Shown here: positions 36,186 through 44,779 of the stretch, one piece after another | Numbering within the stretch: the first letter of the stretch is position 1 | How the letters are laid out: each line of letters opens with the position of its first letter | From: an uncultured Lachnospiraceae bacterium | GTDB taxonomy: Bacteria; Bacillota; Clostridia; Lachnospirales; Lachnospiraceae | Assembly: GCA_910579465.1 (NCBI GenBank) | Contig: CAJTUB010000007.1 | Coordinates: forward strand, 15,714-79,713 | DNA: 64,000 nucleotides | Direction: 5' to 3' | Translations under genes and position numbers: made by a program | The notes under the pieces: generated by a model | Told to the model about the DNA's origin: nothing | Database searches by the model: none | Seen by the model: the letters and a program-made list of their open reading frames with translations, nothing else

Positions 36186-37061
36186 GCTGTAAAAGTCTTC
36201 AATCAGCTGTTCGGCAAACGAAGAGTTCAGGTCCGGAAATTCCGCAAGCATCGTCTCACGGATACGGTCGAGGCGGTTTAAATAGAGCAGCTCTTCGCTT
36301 TTGCCATCGGTACCCGTTTTGGTATCGTAGGTGTGCAGGGTATCCTCGGAGATGTTTTCCTCAAGCCACTTCTTTACCTCTGTGGTGAGCGCCTTTTCCT
36401 TTACTGCGTCTTCTTTCAGCTTGCCTGCCTTTGCAAAAGAGAAGATGCCCATGACAAGGAATGCCGTAAACATGACAAAAATAACTGCGGCAGAGAATAC
36501 ATTAAACAGAGGCACGATATCAAGCAGGTTCAGCAAGGCAAAGCCCGTACCCAAAATACCAAAGCTGATAAAGGTAAAGCCCGAGGAACGGTAGTCATCG
36601 TAGCGGGAGACTGCGCTGACATAGCTTTTTTCATGGCGGAATACGTCCTTTTCCTCTGGAAGCTCTTCGGTATCTTCTCCTGCATCCGCCTCTTCTTCCT
36701 CTGCAAAGAGCTCCTGCTCCGGTGTTTCCTCACCGGAAAGGAACGCGTTCTCTGCCTCTACAGAATAGAATGCCTGAAAATGACGCTTTGCGTCCCGGTA
36801 AGCTTCCGGTGTAGTATATACGGCAATCAGACCTTCCTCATCCGGCTCCGCAACGTTTACCGGAACACCGGAATATTCCAGAAAGTCGGCCAGCTTTTTT
36901 GCAAACTCCGGCTGACTGCCGTCAATCTTAGCCAGTAAAGCGGTCGCCTCACTGCTGTCTACCTTTACGGCACTTAAATCAGCAACCAGCTCCGCCTTAC
37001 AATCCGCACAATGCGTAATTCCTTCCCGATATTCCGTTTTACAATTCGGACACCACGGCAT
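36171..37061 (-). CDS. Zinc-ribbon membrane protein, hypothetical
   Basis: Start MPWCPNCK at 37061 follows AAAGGAGGAAAGG. It has a CxxC...CxxC ribbon, an acidic linker and two TM helices. Confidence 0.7.
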   Translation of the reverse strand: MPWCPNCKTEYREGITHCADCKAELVADLSAVKVDSSEATALLAKIDGSQPEFAKKLADFLEYSGVPVNVAEPDEEGLIAVYTTPEAYRDAKRHFQAFYSVEAENAFLSGEETPEQELFAEEEEADAGEDTEELPEEKDVFRHEKSYVSAVSRYDDYRSSGFTFISFGILGTGFALLNLLDIVPLFNVFSAAVIFVMFTAFLVMGIFSFAKAGKLKEDAVKEKALTTEVKKWLEENISEDTLHTYDTKTGTDGKSEELLYLNRLDRIRETMLAEFPDLNSSFAEQLIEDFYSTHFD

Positions 37062-37117
37062 ATCCTTTCCTCCTTTTGGTTCAAGATAGAATAACACTGT
37101 CATAATACTATGGTTCC

Positions 37118-37146
37118 AGTATAGCCCAAGCGGCAGATAATTTCAA
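37118..37146 (-). promoter_or_regulatory. Candidate promoter of the zinc-ribbon gene
   Basis: Minus strand reads TTGAAA, a 17-nt spacer, then TATACT. Confidence 0.5.
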
Positions 37147-37193
37147 CTATAATGTTTGACTGCCTGCACTTACTTGAGAGACAATTCAGATTA

Positions 37194-37222
37194 TTGTATA
37201 TTTTCATTGTATGTGATATAAT
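37194..37222 (+). promoter_or_regulatory. Candidate promoter of a small-RNA or leader transcript
   Basis: TTGTAT, a 17-nt spacer, then TATAAT with TG at the extended -10 position. Confidence 0.5.
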
Positions 37223-37228
37223 AGATCC

Positions 37229-37416
37229 AAGTGATACAATATATGAGAACGGAAAGCCAGTCGCCTCTATGAATACAGGAGCTGGTGTTTGTAGGAATCA
37301 GAGCAGCCAGGCGGGATACAGTAACTAAAAGACGATTCGTCAAGCTTGCAGACCGCATATCAAGGTGTCGGGTGCGCCCGGTTATTACGTTAAGGTAGTA
37401 GCCGGGCTGTTTTTTT
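37229..37416 (+). ncRNA. Candidate small RNA or structured leader of about 185 nt, class unknown
   Basis: The span has no ORF or RBS. It has its own promoter and ends in GCCCGG, 20 nt, CCGGGC, then TGTTTTTTT. An alternative CGGG-tgcg-CCCG hairpin shares the 5' arm of the terminator. Confidence 0.4.
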
Positions 37417-37440
37417 GTTTCAGGAGGTTTTTATGGATTC

Positions 37441-37469
37441 TTTACGGAACCGGTAAAATATGTTATACT
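37441..37469 (+). promoter_or_regulatory. Candidate promoter of the rSAM-DUF2344-rng operon
   Basis: TTTACG, a 17-nt spacer, then TATACT with an upstream TG. Confidence 0.45.
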
Positions 37470-37507
37470 GGTAAGCGTTTAGTAAGCTGTTTTTAAGGAG
37501 GCTGTTT

Positions 37508-39442
37508 ATGTCAGGGAAACAGACGTTTGTGCGTAAGCTGGCGCTTTCCGATGAAATCCTGCTTTCGGTGGACAAGCCGGCGCGGTATATCGGCGGGGAA
37601 GTGAATATGGTGATGAAAAATCCGAGGGAGGTCGATATCCGCTTTTGTATGTGTTTTCCGGATGTGTACGAGGTCGGGATGTCGCACCTCGGAATCCAGA
37701 TATTATATGATATGTTTAACCGGAGGGAGGATACGTATTGTGAACGGGTGTATTCCCCGTGGCCGGATTTGGACAAGATTCTGCGGGAAAAGAAGATTCC
37801 GCTGTTTGCCTTGGAGAGCCAGGAGCCATTAAAGGAGTTTGATTTCCTCGGGATTACCTTGCAGTATGAAATGTGCTATACGAACGTACTGCAGATTCTT
37901 GACCTTGCCGGGATTCCGCTTCACGCCGCAGAGCGCGGGGAGGAGGACCCGATTGTCGTCGGCGGGGGGCCCTGCGCCTACAATCCGGAGCCGCTTGCGG
38001 AGTTTTTTGACTTTTTCTATCTGGGCGAGGGCGAGACCGTCTATTATGAAATTCTGGACAAATACAAGGAGCATAAAAGGCGCGGCGGCAGCCGGAAGGA
38101 GTTTTTAGAGGAGATTGCAGGGATAGAGGGGATGTATGTGCCGCAGTTCTATGAGGTTTCCTACCATGAGGATGGGACGCTTGCTTCCTTTGAGCCGGTC
38201 AATCCCCATGCAAAGCGTATCATCCGTAAGCAGGTCGAGATGTCGCTTTCCGATACCTTTTATCAGGAAAAGCCGCTTGTGCCGTACCTGCGTGTGATTC
38301 AGGACCGCGTTGTCCTTGAAATCCAGCGTGGCTGTATCCGGGGCTGCCGGTTCTGTCAGGCGGGGATGCTCTACCGTCCGATCAGGGAGCGTGATGTGGA
38401 GTATCTGAAGCGTCTTGCAGTAACGATGCTCCGTTCGACCGGACAGGAGGAGATTTCGCTTTCCTCGCTGAGCTCGAGCGACTATTCCTGCCTGAAGGAG
38501 CTGGTCTATTTCCTGATTGATACGTTCCAGAAGGAGGGCGTGAACATTTCCCTGCCTTCCCTGCGGATTGATGCGTTTGCGCTGGATGTGATGAGTAAGG
38601 TACAGGATATTACAAAGTCCAGCCTTACCTTTGCGCCGGAGGCAGGAAGCCAGCGGATGCGCAACGTCATCAATAAGGGGCTGACAAAGGAGGATATTTT
38701 AAGCGGGGCAGCGGAGGCGTTCCGGGGCGGCTGGAACAAGGTAAAGCTGTATTTCATGCTCGGGCTTCCGACGGAGGGAGAGGAAGATATCCGCCAGATA
38801 GCAGAGCTTTCCAACGAGATTGCAAAGGTATACTATGATACCATACCAAAGTCCGAACGCCACGGAAAGGTACAGATTACGACGAGTACGTCATTTTTTG
38901 TGCCGAAGCCGTTTACGCCGTTCCAGTGGGTCCGCATGGATACCGCAGAAGAGTTTACGGCAAAGCGGAAGCTTTTGTCCGCAGCAATGAAGGAGCAGTT
39001 AAATGCAAAGAGCATGAAATATAACTGGCACGATACGGATGTGACTATGTTAGAGGGTGTATTTGCCAGAGGAGACAGGCGCTGTGCCGCGCTGCTCGAG
39101 GGAGCCTACCGGGACGGCTGTATGTTCGATTCGTGGTCGGAGTTTTTCCGCGGGGATATCTGGCAGAAGCAGTTTGAAAAGACCGGGCTTTCCCTGGAGT
39201 TTTATACCTCCAGGGAGCGTGCAAAGGACGAGCTGTTTCCGTGGGATTTTATCGATGCCGGAATTACAAAGAATTTTCTATACCGTGAGTACGAAAAGAG
39301 CAGGCGGGAGGAGATTACGCCGAACTGCAGGAAGGGCTGTGCCGGCTGTGGGGCAAAGCAGTTCCACGGCGGCGTATGCTATGAACCGCGCAACGAATCA
39401 GGGGAAGTGGCGTCAAAGGAGTGTCTGCTTGCCGACTGTTAA
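37508..39442 (+). CDS. B12-binding-domain radical SAM protein (TIGR03960-like)
   Basis: KPARYIGGEVN N-terminus and CIRGCRFC (CX3CX2C). It is followed by its usual DUF2344 partner. Confidence 0.85.
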   Translation: MSGKQTFVRKLALSDEILLSVDKPARYIGGEVNMVMKNPREVDIRFCMCFPDVYEVGMSHLGIQILYDMFNRREDTYCERVYSPWPDLDKILREKKIPLFALESQEPLKEFDFLGITLQYEMCYTNVLQILDLAGIPLHAAERGEEDPIVVGGGPCAYNPEPLAEFFDFFYLGEGETVYYEILDKYKEHKRRGGSRKEFLEEIAGIEGMYVPQFYEVSYHEDGTLASFEPVNPHAKRIIRKQVEMSLSDTFYQEKPLVPYLRVIQDRVVLEIQRGCIRGCRFCQAGMLYRPIRERDVEYLKRLAVTMLRSTGQEEISLSSLSSSDYSCLKELVYFLIDTFQKEGVNISLPSLRIDAFALDVMSKVQDITKSSLTFAPEAGSQRMRNVINKGLTKEDILSGAAEAFRGGWNKVKLYFMLGLPTEGEEDIRQIAELSNEIAKVYYDTIPKSERHGKVQITTSTSFFVPKPFTPFQWVRMDTAEEFTAKRKLLSAAMKEQLNAKSMKYNWHDTDVTMLEGVFARGDRRCAALLEGAYRDGCMFDSWSEFFRGDIWQKQFEKTGLSLEFYTSRERAKDELFPWDFIDAGITKNFLYREYEKSRREEITPNCRKGCAGCGAKQFHGGVCYEPRNESGEVASKECLLADC

Positions 39443-39457
39443 GGAGGAAATAAAACG

Positions 39458-40258
39458 ATGAATGTCAGGGTACGCTTTGCAAAATACGGAGCGGTCAAGT
39501 TTGTAGGGCATCTGGATGTGCTGCGGTATTTCCAGAAGGCGGTTCGCCGTGCGGAGTTGGATATCGTATATTCGAAAGGGTATCATCCGCACCAGATTAT
39601 GTCGTTTGCGCTGCCGCTTGGCGTCGGGCTTACAAGCGATTCCGAATATATGGATATGGAGCTGTATGGAGCCTTTACACCAAAGGAGGTTACAGAACGT
39701 CTGGACGCGGCAATGACGGAGGGCTTTTCCGTAACGGGCTGCCGGGTGCTTCCGGAACCGGAAAACGGCAGGAAGCGGGAAGCCGCAATGTCCCTGATTG
39801 CAGCAGCCGACTATCTTGTTTCACTGAAGGACGGTTATGCGTTTCCGCTTGACGGGGAGGCGTTTTACAGGGAATTTCAGGCTTTCTGCGGGCAGGAGCG
39901 CATTCCGGTGTTAAAAAAGATGAAAAAGTCCGGAGAGGAGCAGGAGATGGACGTGAAACAGTTCCTTTACGGCATCGGCCGGGACAGGGAGGAGCTTCTT
40001 TCCAATACAGGGGCAGTGCGTCCGCCGGATGTGGTGACAGAGAGCTATCAGACGGAGGTGCGTTCCCGTGCGGAGCGGTATGAAAACGGAAGGACGCTTG
40101 CCATGCGGCTTTCCGCCGGCAGTGCCAATAATATCCGGCCGGAGCTTCTGACAGAGGCGTTCTGCCACGCCTGCGACACGGAATATAACCCGTATGCATG
40201 GCAGATTCACCGCTTTGACCTGTATGGGGGGACGGCGCCGGATTTTGAGAGGCTGTAG
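39458..40258 (+). CDS. Radical SAM-associated DUF2344 (TIGR03936-like) protein
   Basis: RFAKYGAVKFVGHLDVLRYFQKAVRRA N-terminus and the conserved partnership with the upstream gene. Confidence 0.8.
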   Translation: MNVRVRFAKYGAVKFVGHLDVLRYFQKAVRRAELDIVYSKGYHPHQIMSFALPLGVGLTSDSEYMDMELYGAFTPKEVTERLDAAMTEGFSVTGCRVLPEPENGRKREAAMSLIAAADYLVSLKDGYAFPLDGEAFYREFQAFCGQERIPVLKKMKKSGEEQEMDVKQFLYGIGRDREELLSNTGAVRPPDVVTESYQTEVRSRAERYENGRTLAMRLSAGSANNIRPELLTEAFCHACDTEYNPYAWQIHRFDLYGGTAPDFERL

Positions 40259-40285
40259 CCAGAAACAGGGGAGGAATGAAGAAAG

Positions 40286-41470
40286 ATGTACAGGTTAGTG
40301 ATTACGAAGCGGGATTCGTTTGTGTTTTCGGTCGTGTTTAACGGGGAGGGCAAGCCGGTGGAGCTGTATGCCGAGCCGGAGGGTACGCCGTCCCGGCTCG
40401 GCAATATTTATCTCGGTCATGTAATGAATGTGGTGCCAAATATCGAGGCGGCATTTATTGAAATTGAAGGCGGCTGTATGTGCTATTGCTCGCTAAGGGA
40501 GAAGACCTCCTATTTGTTCGGGCCGCATGCAAACCAGAACAGGCTCTGTCAGGGAGATTATGTTCTGGTACAGGTACAGCGTGAGGGAATTAAGACAAAA
40601 CAGCCCTCCGTCAGCGGAAAGCTGCAGTTTACAGGGAAATATCTGGTGCTGCTGCATGATACCAGAGGTGTGAAGATTTCACATAAAATTACGAAGCCGG
40701 AGGATGTCAGTCGGCTGAAAACACTGTTTTCTAATTGTGAAAATGAGAATTACGGACTAATCGTGCGCACAAACGCTCTACAAGTGTCGGATTTTCAGTT
40801 AAAAGCAGAGGAAGAGCGGCTGGTATCGTTTTACCGGACCGTCTGTGAAACCGGCATTCATAAGCAGAGAGGGAGCCTGGTGTACCAAAGCTTTCCGTGG
40901 TATATCGATTTGCTGCGGGACCTTCCGGAGCAGGAGCTTTCCGAGGTAGTGACCGACGACGCGGAGGTGTTTGCAAGGCTTGCCGAATATACAGAGCTGT
41001 TCCAGCCGGAGGATGTGAAAAAGCTCAGACTGTATACAGATGAAACGCTGTCCCTCGGGGCGCTGTATTCCCTGCAGAAGATAAAGGAGGAGGCGCTTTC
41101 GAAAACCGTCTGGCTGAAGTCCGGTGCTTCGATTGTCATCGAACCGACCGAAACGCTTACGGTAATTGATGTCAATACCGGTAAGGCGATTAACGGTAAA
41201 AAAACAGGCGATGAGATGTTTTACAAAATTAATGAGGAGGCGGCAAGAGCATGTATGCAGCAAATCCGCCTCCGGAATCTGTCAGGAATGATTCTGATTG
41301 ACTTTATCAATATGGAAAAGGAAGCTTATAACGAGCGGCTGTTACAGCTTCTGCGGGAGCTTGCCACAGAGGACCGGGTGCCGGTAACGGTCGTTGACAT
41401 GACTGGTTTAAAGCTTGTGGAGCTGACGAGAAAAAAGGTAAAAAAGCCACTGCATGAAATATTTTCCTGA
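40286..41470 (+). CDS. rng: Ribonuclease E/G family protein
   Basis: S1-like GNIYLGHVMNVVPNIEAAFIEI, and the catalytic region TVIDVNTGK. Confidence 0.85.
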   Translation: MYRLVITKRDSFVFSVVFNGEGKPVELYAEPEGTPSRLGNIYLGHVMNVVPNIEAAFIEIEGGCMCYCSLREKTSYLFGPHANQNRLCQGDYVLVQVQREGIKTKQPSVSGKLQFTGKYLVLLHDTRGVKISHKITKPEDVSRLKTLFSNCENENYGLIVRTNALQVSDFQLKAEEERLVSFYRTVCETGIHKQRGSLVYQSFPWYIDLLRDLPEQELSEVVTDDAEVFARLAEYTELFQPEDVKKLRLYTDETLSLGALYSLQKIKEEALSKTVWLKSGASIVIEPTETLTVIDVNTGKAINGKKTGDEMFYKINEEAARACMQQIRLRNLSGMILIDFINMEKEAYNERLLQLLRELATEDRVPVTVVDMTGLKLVELTRKKVKKPLHEIFS

Positions 41471-41478
41471 TTCAAGGA

Positions 41479-42684
41479 CTACTTTGGTATGGCTTTGAAA
41501 AATTCCTTGTCCCAGGAATATCCGCCGCAGGCGTCCAGTTCTTCTTCCGTCAGCATGAAGTGTCTGTTCATGCCGCCGCGGTCTGCCGTTGCGTCACAGT
41601 AATAGCCGGTTCCGTCCAGCACCAGATAGTTCCACATATGATGCTCTCCGTTGTATGTACCGGAAACCGTATAGTTTTCGATACCGGACATCGTTAAAAG
41701 CATTTCAAAGGCATGGCTGTATCCGCCGCAGATGGCGGTACCGTTTTGCAGCGCGCCCAGAGCTACCGTGGATTCATATGGCATGCTGCTGCGGTCGGTA
41801 TAATAGCGGAAGTCATAGGATACATTTTTGGTAATATAGGAATAGAGGGCTTCTACTTTTTCCCGCGTCGTCATCGTGCTTTTAGTCAGCTCCGGAAGCA
41901 GACTGCTGCACAATGCAAAGCTTTCATTGATGGCGTCCGTGCATTCGGACAGGGTTTTTCCGAGGGCTGGCGAAGCGATGAGTTCCGTTCCGTCCGCATT
42001 GAGCGTAAAGACAATCCAGCCATAGCCTGCCTGCAGCAATGCCCTGCTGACATCGTTAATATTTAATGCCGACTCTGTAATTGCAACCGGAAGTCGTTCA
42101 ATCCCGTTTATCATACTTTGTGCCATAACCTTTGCATCATACAGGGAGGCGATGGTATGGCTCCCGGCAGGAGTACCGGACGCATAGGCGCCTGTTTTGT
42201 ACGGCATATAGGAAAACCGGCACACAGCCGTAGTGTCTTCCACTGATACCGCAACGTCATAGGTATATTTTAGCTCCGGATATTTCGCTAAAACCGCATG
42301 ATAAATGTTTTTCAGGTCAATTTCGATTCCCCAGGTCCAGGTCATCCCGTCGACGTTAAGAACCACCTCCGGCTCCAGGCCGGTCATTGCTTCAAGGAAA
42401 CGGTTCTGAATATCTTCTGTTGTAAGGACTTCCGGAAGGTCCGGCAGCTTTGTGGGAGCTTCGGCAGAAGGCTCCGGAAGCTCCGGGATGGGTGTTGCGG
42501 ACGGCAGGGGCGTAACCTCATCCGGCGTTTCCGACGGCAGAGGGGGAACGCTTCCCGGCATCCCGGACGGCGTTATAGCATCGTTTGCAGGCAGCGTGGT
42601 ATCTTTGCCTGAGCAGGCGGCAAAAAGAAGTATTCCGGTGAATACCAGAAGGGAGCAGTGACGCAGTATCGTTTTTTTGTTCAT
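41479..42684 (-). CDS. Lipoprotein with a transglutaminase-like cysteine protease core
   Basis: Lipobox LFAAC, a Pro/Thr-rich linker, and CGGYSHAFEML...HMWN...D (Cys-His-Asp). Confidence 0.8.
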   Translation of the reverse strand: MNKKTILRHCSLLVFTGILLFAACSGKDTTLPANDAITPSGMPGSVPPLPSETPDEVTPLPSATPIPELPEPSAEAPTKLPDLPEVLTTEDIQNRFLEAMTGLEPEVVLNVDGMTWTWGIEIDLKNIYHAVLAKYPELKYTYDVAVSVEDTTAVCRFSYMPYKTGAYASGTPAGSHTIASLYDAKVMAQSMINGIERLPVAITESALNINDVSRALLQAGYGWIVFTLNADGTELIASPALGKTLSECTDAINESFALCSSLLPELTKSTMTTREKVEALYSYITKNVSYDFRYYTDRSSMPYESTVALGALQNGTAICGGYSHAFEMLLTMSGIENYTVSGTYNGEHHMWNYLVLDGTGYYCDATADRGGMNRHFMLTEEELDACGGYSWDKEFFKAIPK

Positions 42685-42745
42685 GGCAGATATCCTTTCT
42701 TTATGTAATAGAATACAGTTTTACAGACCGTCATAATGCGGCTCC

Positions 42746-43369
42746 TTATGGCTTTTCCAATACGCCGTGCAGAAGGATTTCCAGCTGGCGGCGGCACATT
42801 TCTTCATGCCTGCAAAGAAGCTCTTTGGTCGGTTTTTCTCCCCCGGACATAACGGGAAAACGTGTATTAAAAAAGTCCATGTAAAGCTTAAAATCCTCTA
42901 CAATCACGGCAACCGTCAGCCCTTTGCGCAGCTTCTGTCCGCTTAACAGTCCGGTCAGGATAGAGAGATTTAGCGCATCGAAGTCGTTGCGGCAGGCTGC
43001 AATTTCATTGCGGAGGGAGGACGGAGGCGTAAGGGCGGCATCCGTGAAAATCCCCTGATAAAGCGGATTTTCCGCAAAGAACAGAAGCCTTGCGTCAAAA
43101 TAGCGCTTCAGCTGCTGCTCCGGTGTCCCGGAGATGGGCTCTGAGGCATCTTTTAAACAGGAGGCTAATGCGTCGAAGCATTCCTTGACACATAGGAGGT
43201 AAAGCTCCTTCTTATCCTTGAAATAGTGATAAAGCATCCCTTTTGAAATGGAATGCTTTGCGCAAACCACATTGAGTGACGCATTTTCATAGCCGTTTTC
43301 TGAAAACTCCTCCATAGCTGCGGTAAGAATCCGCTGTCGTGCCAGCCTGTTTTTTTCTTCCTGTTTCAT
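42746..43369 (-). CDS. TetR/AcrR-family transcriptional regulator
   Basis: Start MKQEEKNR at 43369 follows GGAGGT. N-terminal HTH RILTAAMEEFSENGYENASLNVVCAKHSISKGMLYHYF. Confidence 0.88.
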   Translation of the reverse strand: MKQEEKNRLARQRILTAAMEEFSENGYENASLNVVCAKHSISKGMLYHYFKDKKELYLLCVKECFDALASCLKDASEPISGTPEQQLKRYFDARLLFFAENPLYQGIFTDAALTPPSSLRNEIAACRNDFDALNLSILTGLLSGQKLRKGLTVAVIVEDFKLYMDFFNTRFPVMSGGEKPTKELLCRHEEMCRRQLEILLHGVLEKP

Positions 43370-43391
43370 TGGTGTACCTCCAAACAAAAAC

Positions 43392-43405
43392 AGACCACAT
43401 GGTCT
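43392..43405. promoter_or_regulatory. Candidate TetR operator
   Basis: Inverted repeat AGACCA-CA-TGGTCT, just downstream of the tetR -10 element. Confidence 0.5.
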
Positions 43406-43413
43406 ATAATTGG

Positions 43414-43442
43414 ATTATAGCACGGGCGGCGGAGCATGTCAA
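43414..43442 (-). promoter_or_regulatory. tetR promoter
   Basis: Minus strand reads TTGACA, a 17-nt spacer, then TATAAT. The 18-nt box lies 11 nt upstream. Confidence 0.6.
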
Positions 43443-43453
43443 CCGGCTAAGAA

Positions 43454-43602
43454 CCTGAGTTTCCGTATTTTATTGTTACTATTCACAGCACCCCACCCCA
43501 TGCGCACTCGTCGCCCTTACGGGCTCCAGTCCCGCTCCTTGCGGAGCTAAGACTGCTTATGTGGGTGGGTAACATTTTATTCACAAAATGCAGAAACTCA
43601 GG
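43454..43602. repeat. 149-bp MITE-like element: inverted 18-nt boxes enclosing a structured core
   Basis: CCTGAGTTTCCGTATTTT (43454-43471) matches the reverse complement of AAAATGCAGAAACTCAGG (43585-43602) at 16 of 18 positions. Inner pairings are ACCCCACCCCA/TGTGGGTGGGT, GCCC-ttac-GGGC and GCTCC-ttgc-GGAGC. Confidence 0.7.
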
Positions 43603-43611
43603 CAAAAAGGA

Positions 43612-43640
43612 TTGACAATCATTTTTCGCAGGAATATAAT
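43612..43640 (+). promoter_or_regulatory. ddh promoter
   Basis: TTGACA, a 17-nt spacer, then TATAAT. The 18-nt box lies 9 nt upstream. Confidence 0.6.
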
Positions 43641-43671
43641 TAGTTCATCTTTTTTTCGGAGGAATACAGAC

Positions 43672-44655
43672 ATGAGTATCAGAATAGCAATTGCAGGCTA
43701 CGGCAATCTTGGCCGCGGAGTGGAAAACGCAGTAAGTGCAGCAGGGGACTGTGAGCTGACGGCTCTTTTTACGAGACGCAATCCGGCAGATGTAAAGACG
43801 CGTACCGGGGTTCCGGTGTACGCCATGGAGGATGCGGTAAAAATGAAGGAGCAGATTGACGTTATGATTCTGTGCGGCGGAAGCGCAAACGACCTGCCGG
43901 TACAGACGCCGGAGCTTGCCAGACATTTTAATGTCATTGACAGCTTTGATACGCATGCCCGCATTCCGGAGCATTTTGCCGCAGTCGATGCGGCAAGCAG
44001 GGAGGCAAAGAAGGTCAGCATGATTTCGGTCGGCTGGGACCCTGGAATGTTTTCGTTAAACCGCTGCTACGGACAGGCAATTCTTCCGAACGGCAAGGAT
44101 TACACCTTCTGGGGCAAGGGTGTGAGCCAGGGGCATTCCGACGCAGTCAGGAGGATTCCGGGCGTAAAGGACGCAAAGCAGTACACGATTCCGGTGGAGA
44201 GCGCCCTTGCGAGTGTCCGCGCCGGGGAGAATCCGGAGCTTTCCACGAGGGAAAAGCATCTGCGGGAATGCTTTGTCGTAGCCGAAGAGGGGGCAGACCT
44301 TGCAGCCATTGAACAGGCAATTGTGACAATGCCGAATTATTTCGCAGATTACGATACAACGGTGCATTTTATTACAGAGGAAGAGTTAAAGCGCGACCAC
44401 AGCGGCATTCCGCACGGCGGCATGGTATTCCGCTGCGGGACGACCGGGAAGGATGGGGAAAACCGTCATGTCATCGAGTACCGGCTGCAGCTGGATTCCA
44501 ATCCGGAATTTACCGCAAGCGTACTGACCGCTTATGCAAGGGCGGTATACCGTCTGGCAAAGGAAGGGCAGTATGGCTGCAAGACCGTATTGGATATTGC
44601 GCCTGCTTATCTGCACCCGCAGAGTCCGGAGGAGCTCCGGAGGACGCTCCTGTAA
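43672..44655 (+). CDS. ddh: meso-Diaminopimelate D-dehydrogenase
   Basis: Start MSIRIAIAGYGNLGRG at 43672, plus VGWDPGMFS and FWGKGVSQGHSDA motifs. Confidence 0.88.
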   Translation: MSIRIAIAGYGNLGRGVENAVSAAGDCELTALFTRRNPADVKTRTGVPVYAMEDAVKMKEQIDVMILCGGSANDLPVQTPELARHFNVIDSFDTHARIPEHFAAVDAASREAKKVSMISVGWDPGMFSLNRCYGQAILPNGKDYTFWGKGVSQGHSDAVRRIPGVKDAKQYTIPVESALASVRAGENPELSTREKHLRECFVVAEEGADLAAIEQAIVTMPNYFADYDTTVHFITEEELKRDHSGIPHGGMVFRCGTTGKDGENRHVIEYRLQLDSNPEFTASVLTAYARAVYRLAKEGQYGCKTVLDIAPAYLHPQSPEELRRTLL

Positions 44656-44779
44656 GAGAGCATCCGGGTCTGCAAAAACGCCGTAAATTACAGGATTACA
44701 GGAACAACGGGGTTGCGCTTTCTGCGTCAGCCCCGCTGGCTTTCTTATCTATAGGTTGTTTCTGGTTTCAGGGAACAGG

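Noticed and set aside
32910-37061. The SNF2/SWIM helicase beside the island and a zinc-ribbon membrane protein might form a defence system (DISARM, BREX or Zorya-like).
   Set aside because: No methyltransferase, PLD, nuclease or other partner genes are present, and composition is host-like. SWIM-SNF2 proteins are common housekeeping-type genes in Firmicutes. The two genes are convergent, not an operon.
37270-37325. GAGCAGCCAGGCGGG, preceded by GGTGTTTGTAGG, resembles the SRP (4.5S) RNA domain IV strand AAGCAGCCAAGGCAG.
   Set aside because: The segment has no GNRA or GGAA tetraloop hairpin and no matching 5' strand (GGUCAGGUCC-like), and its context and length do not fit either SRP RNA type. 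It is kept only as an unknown sRNA candidate.
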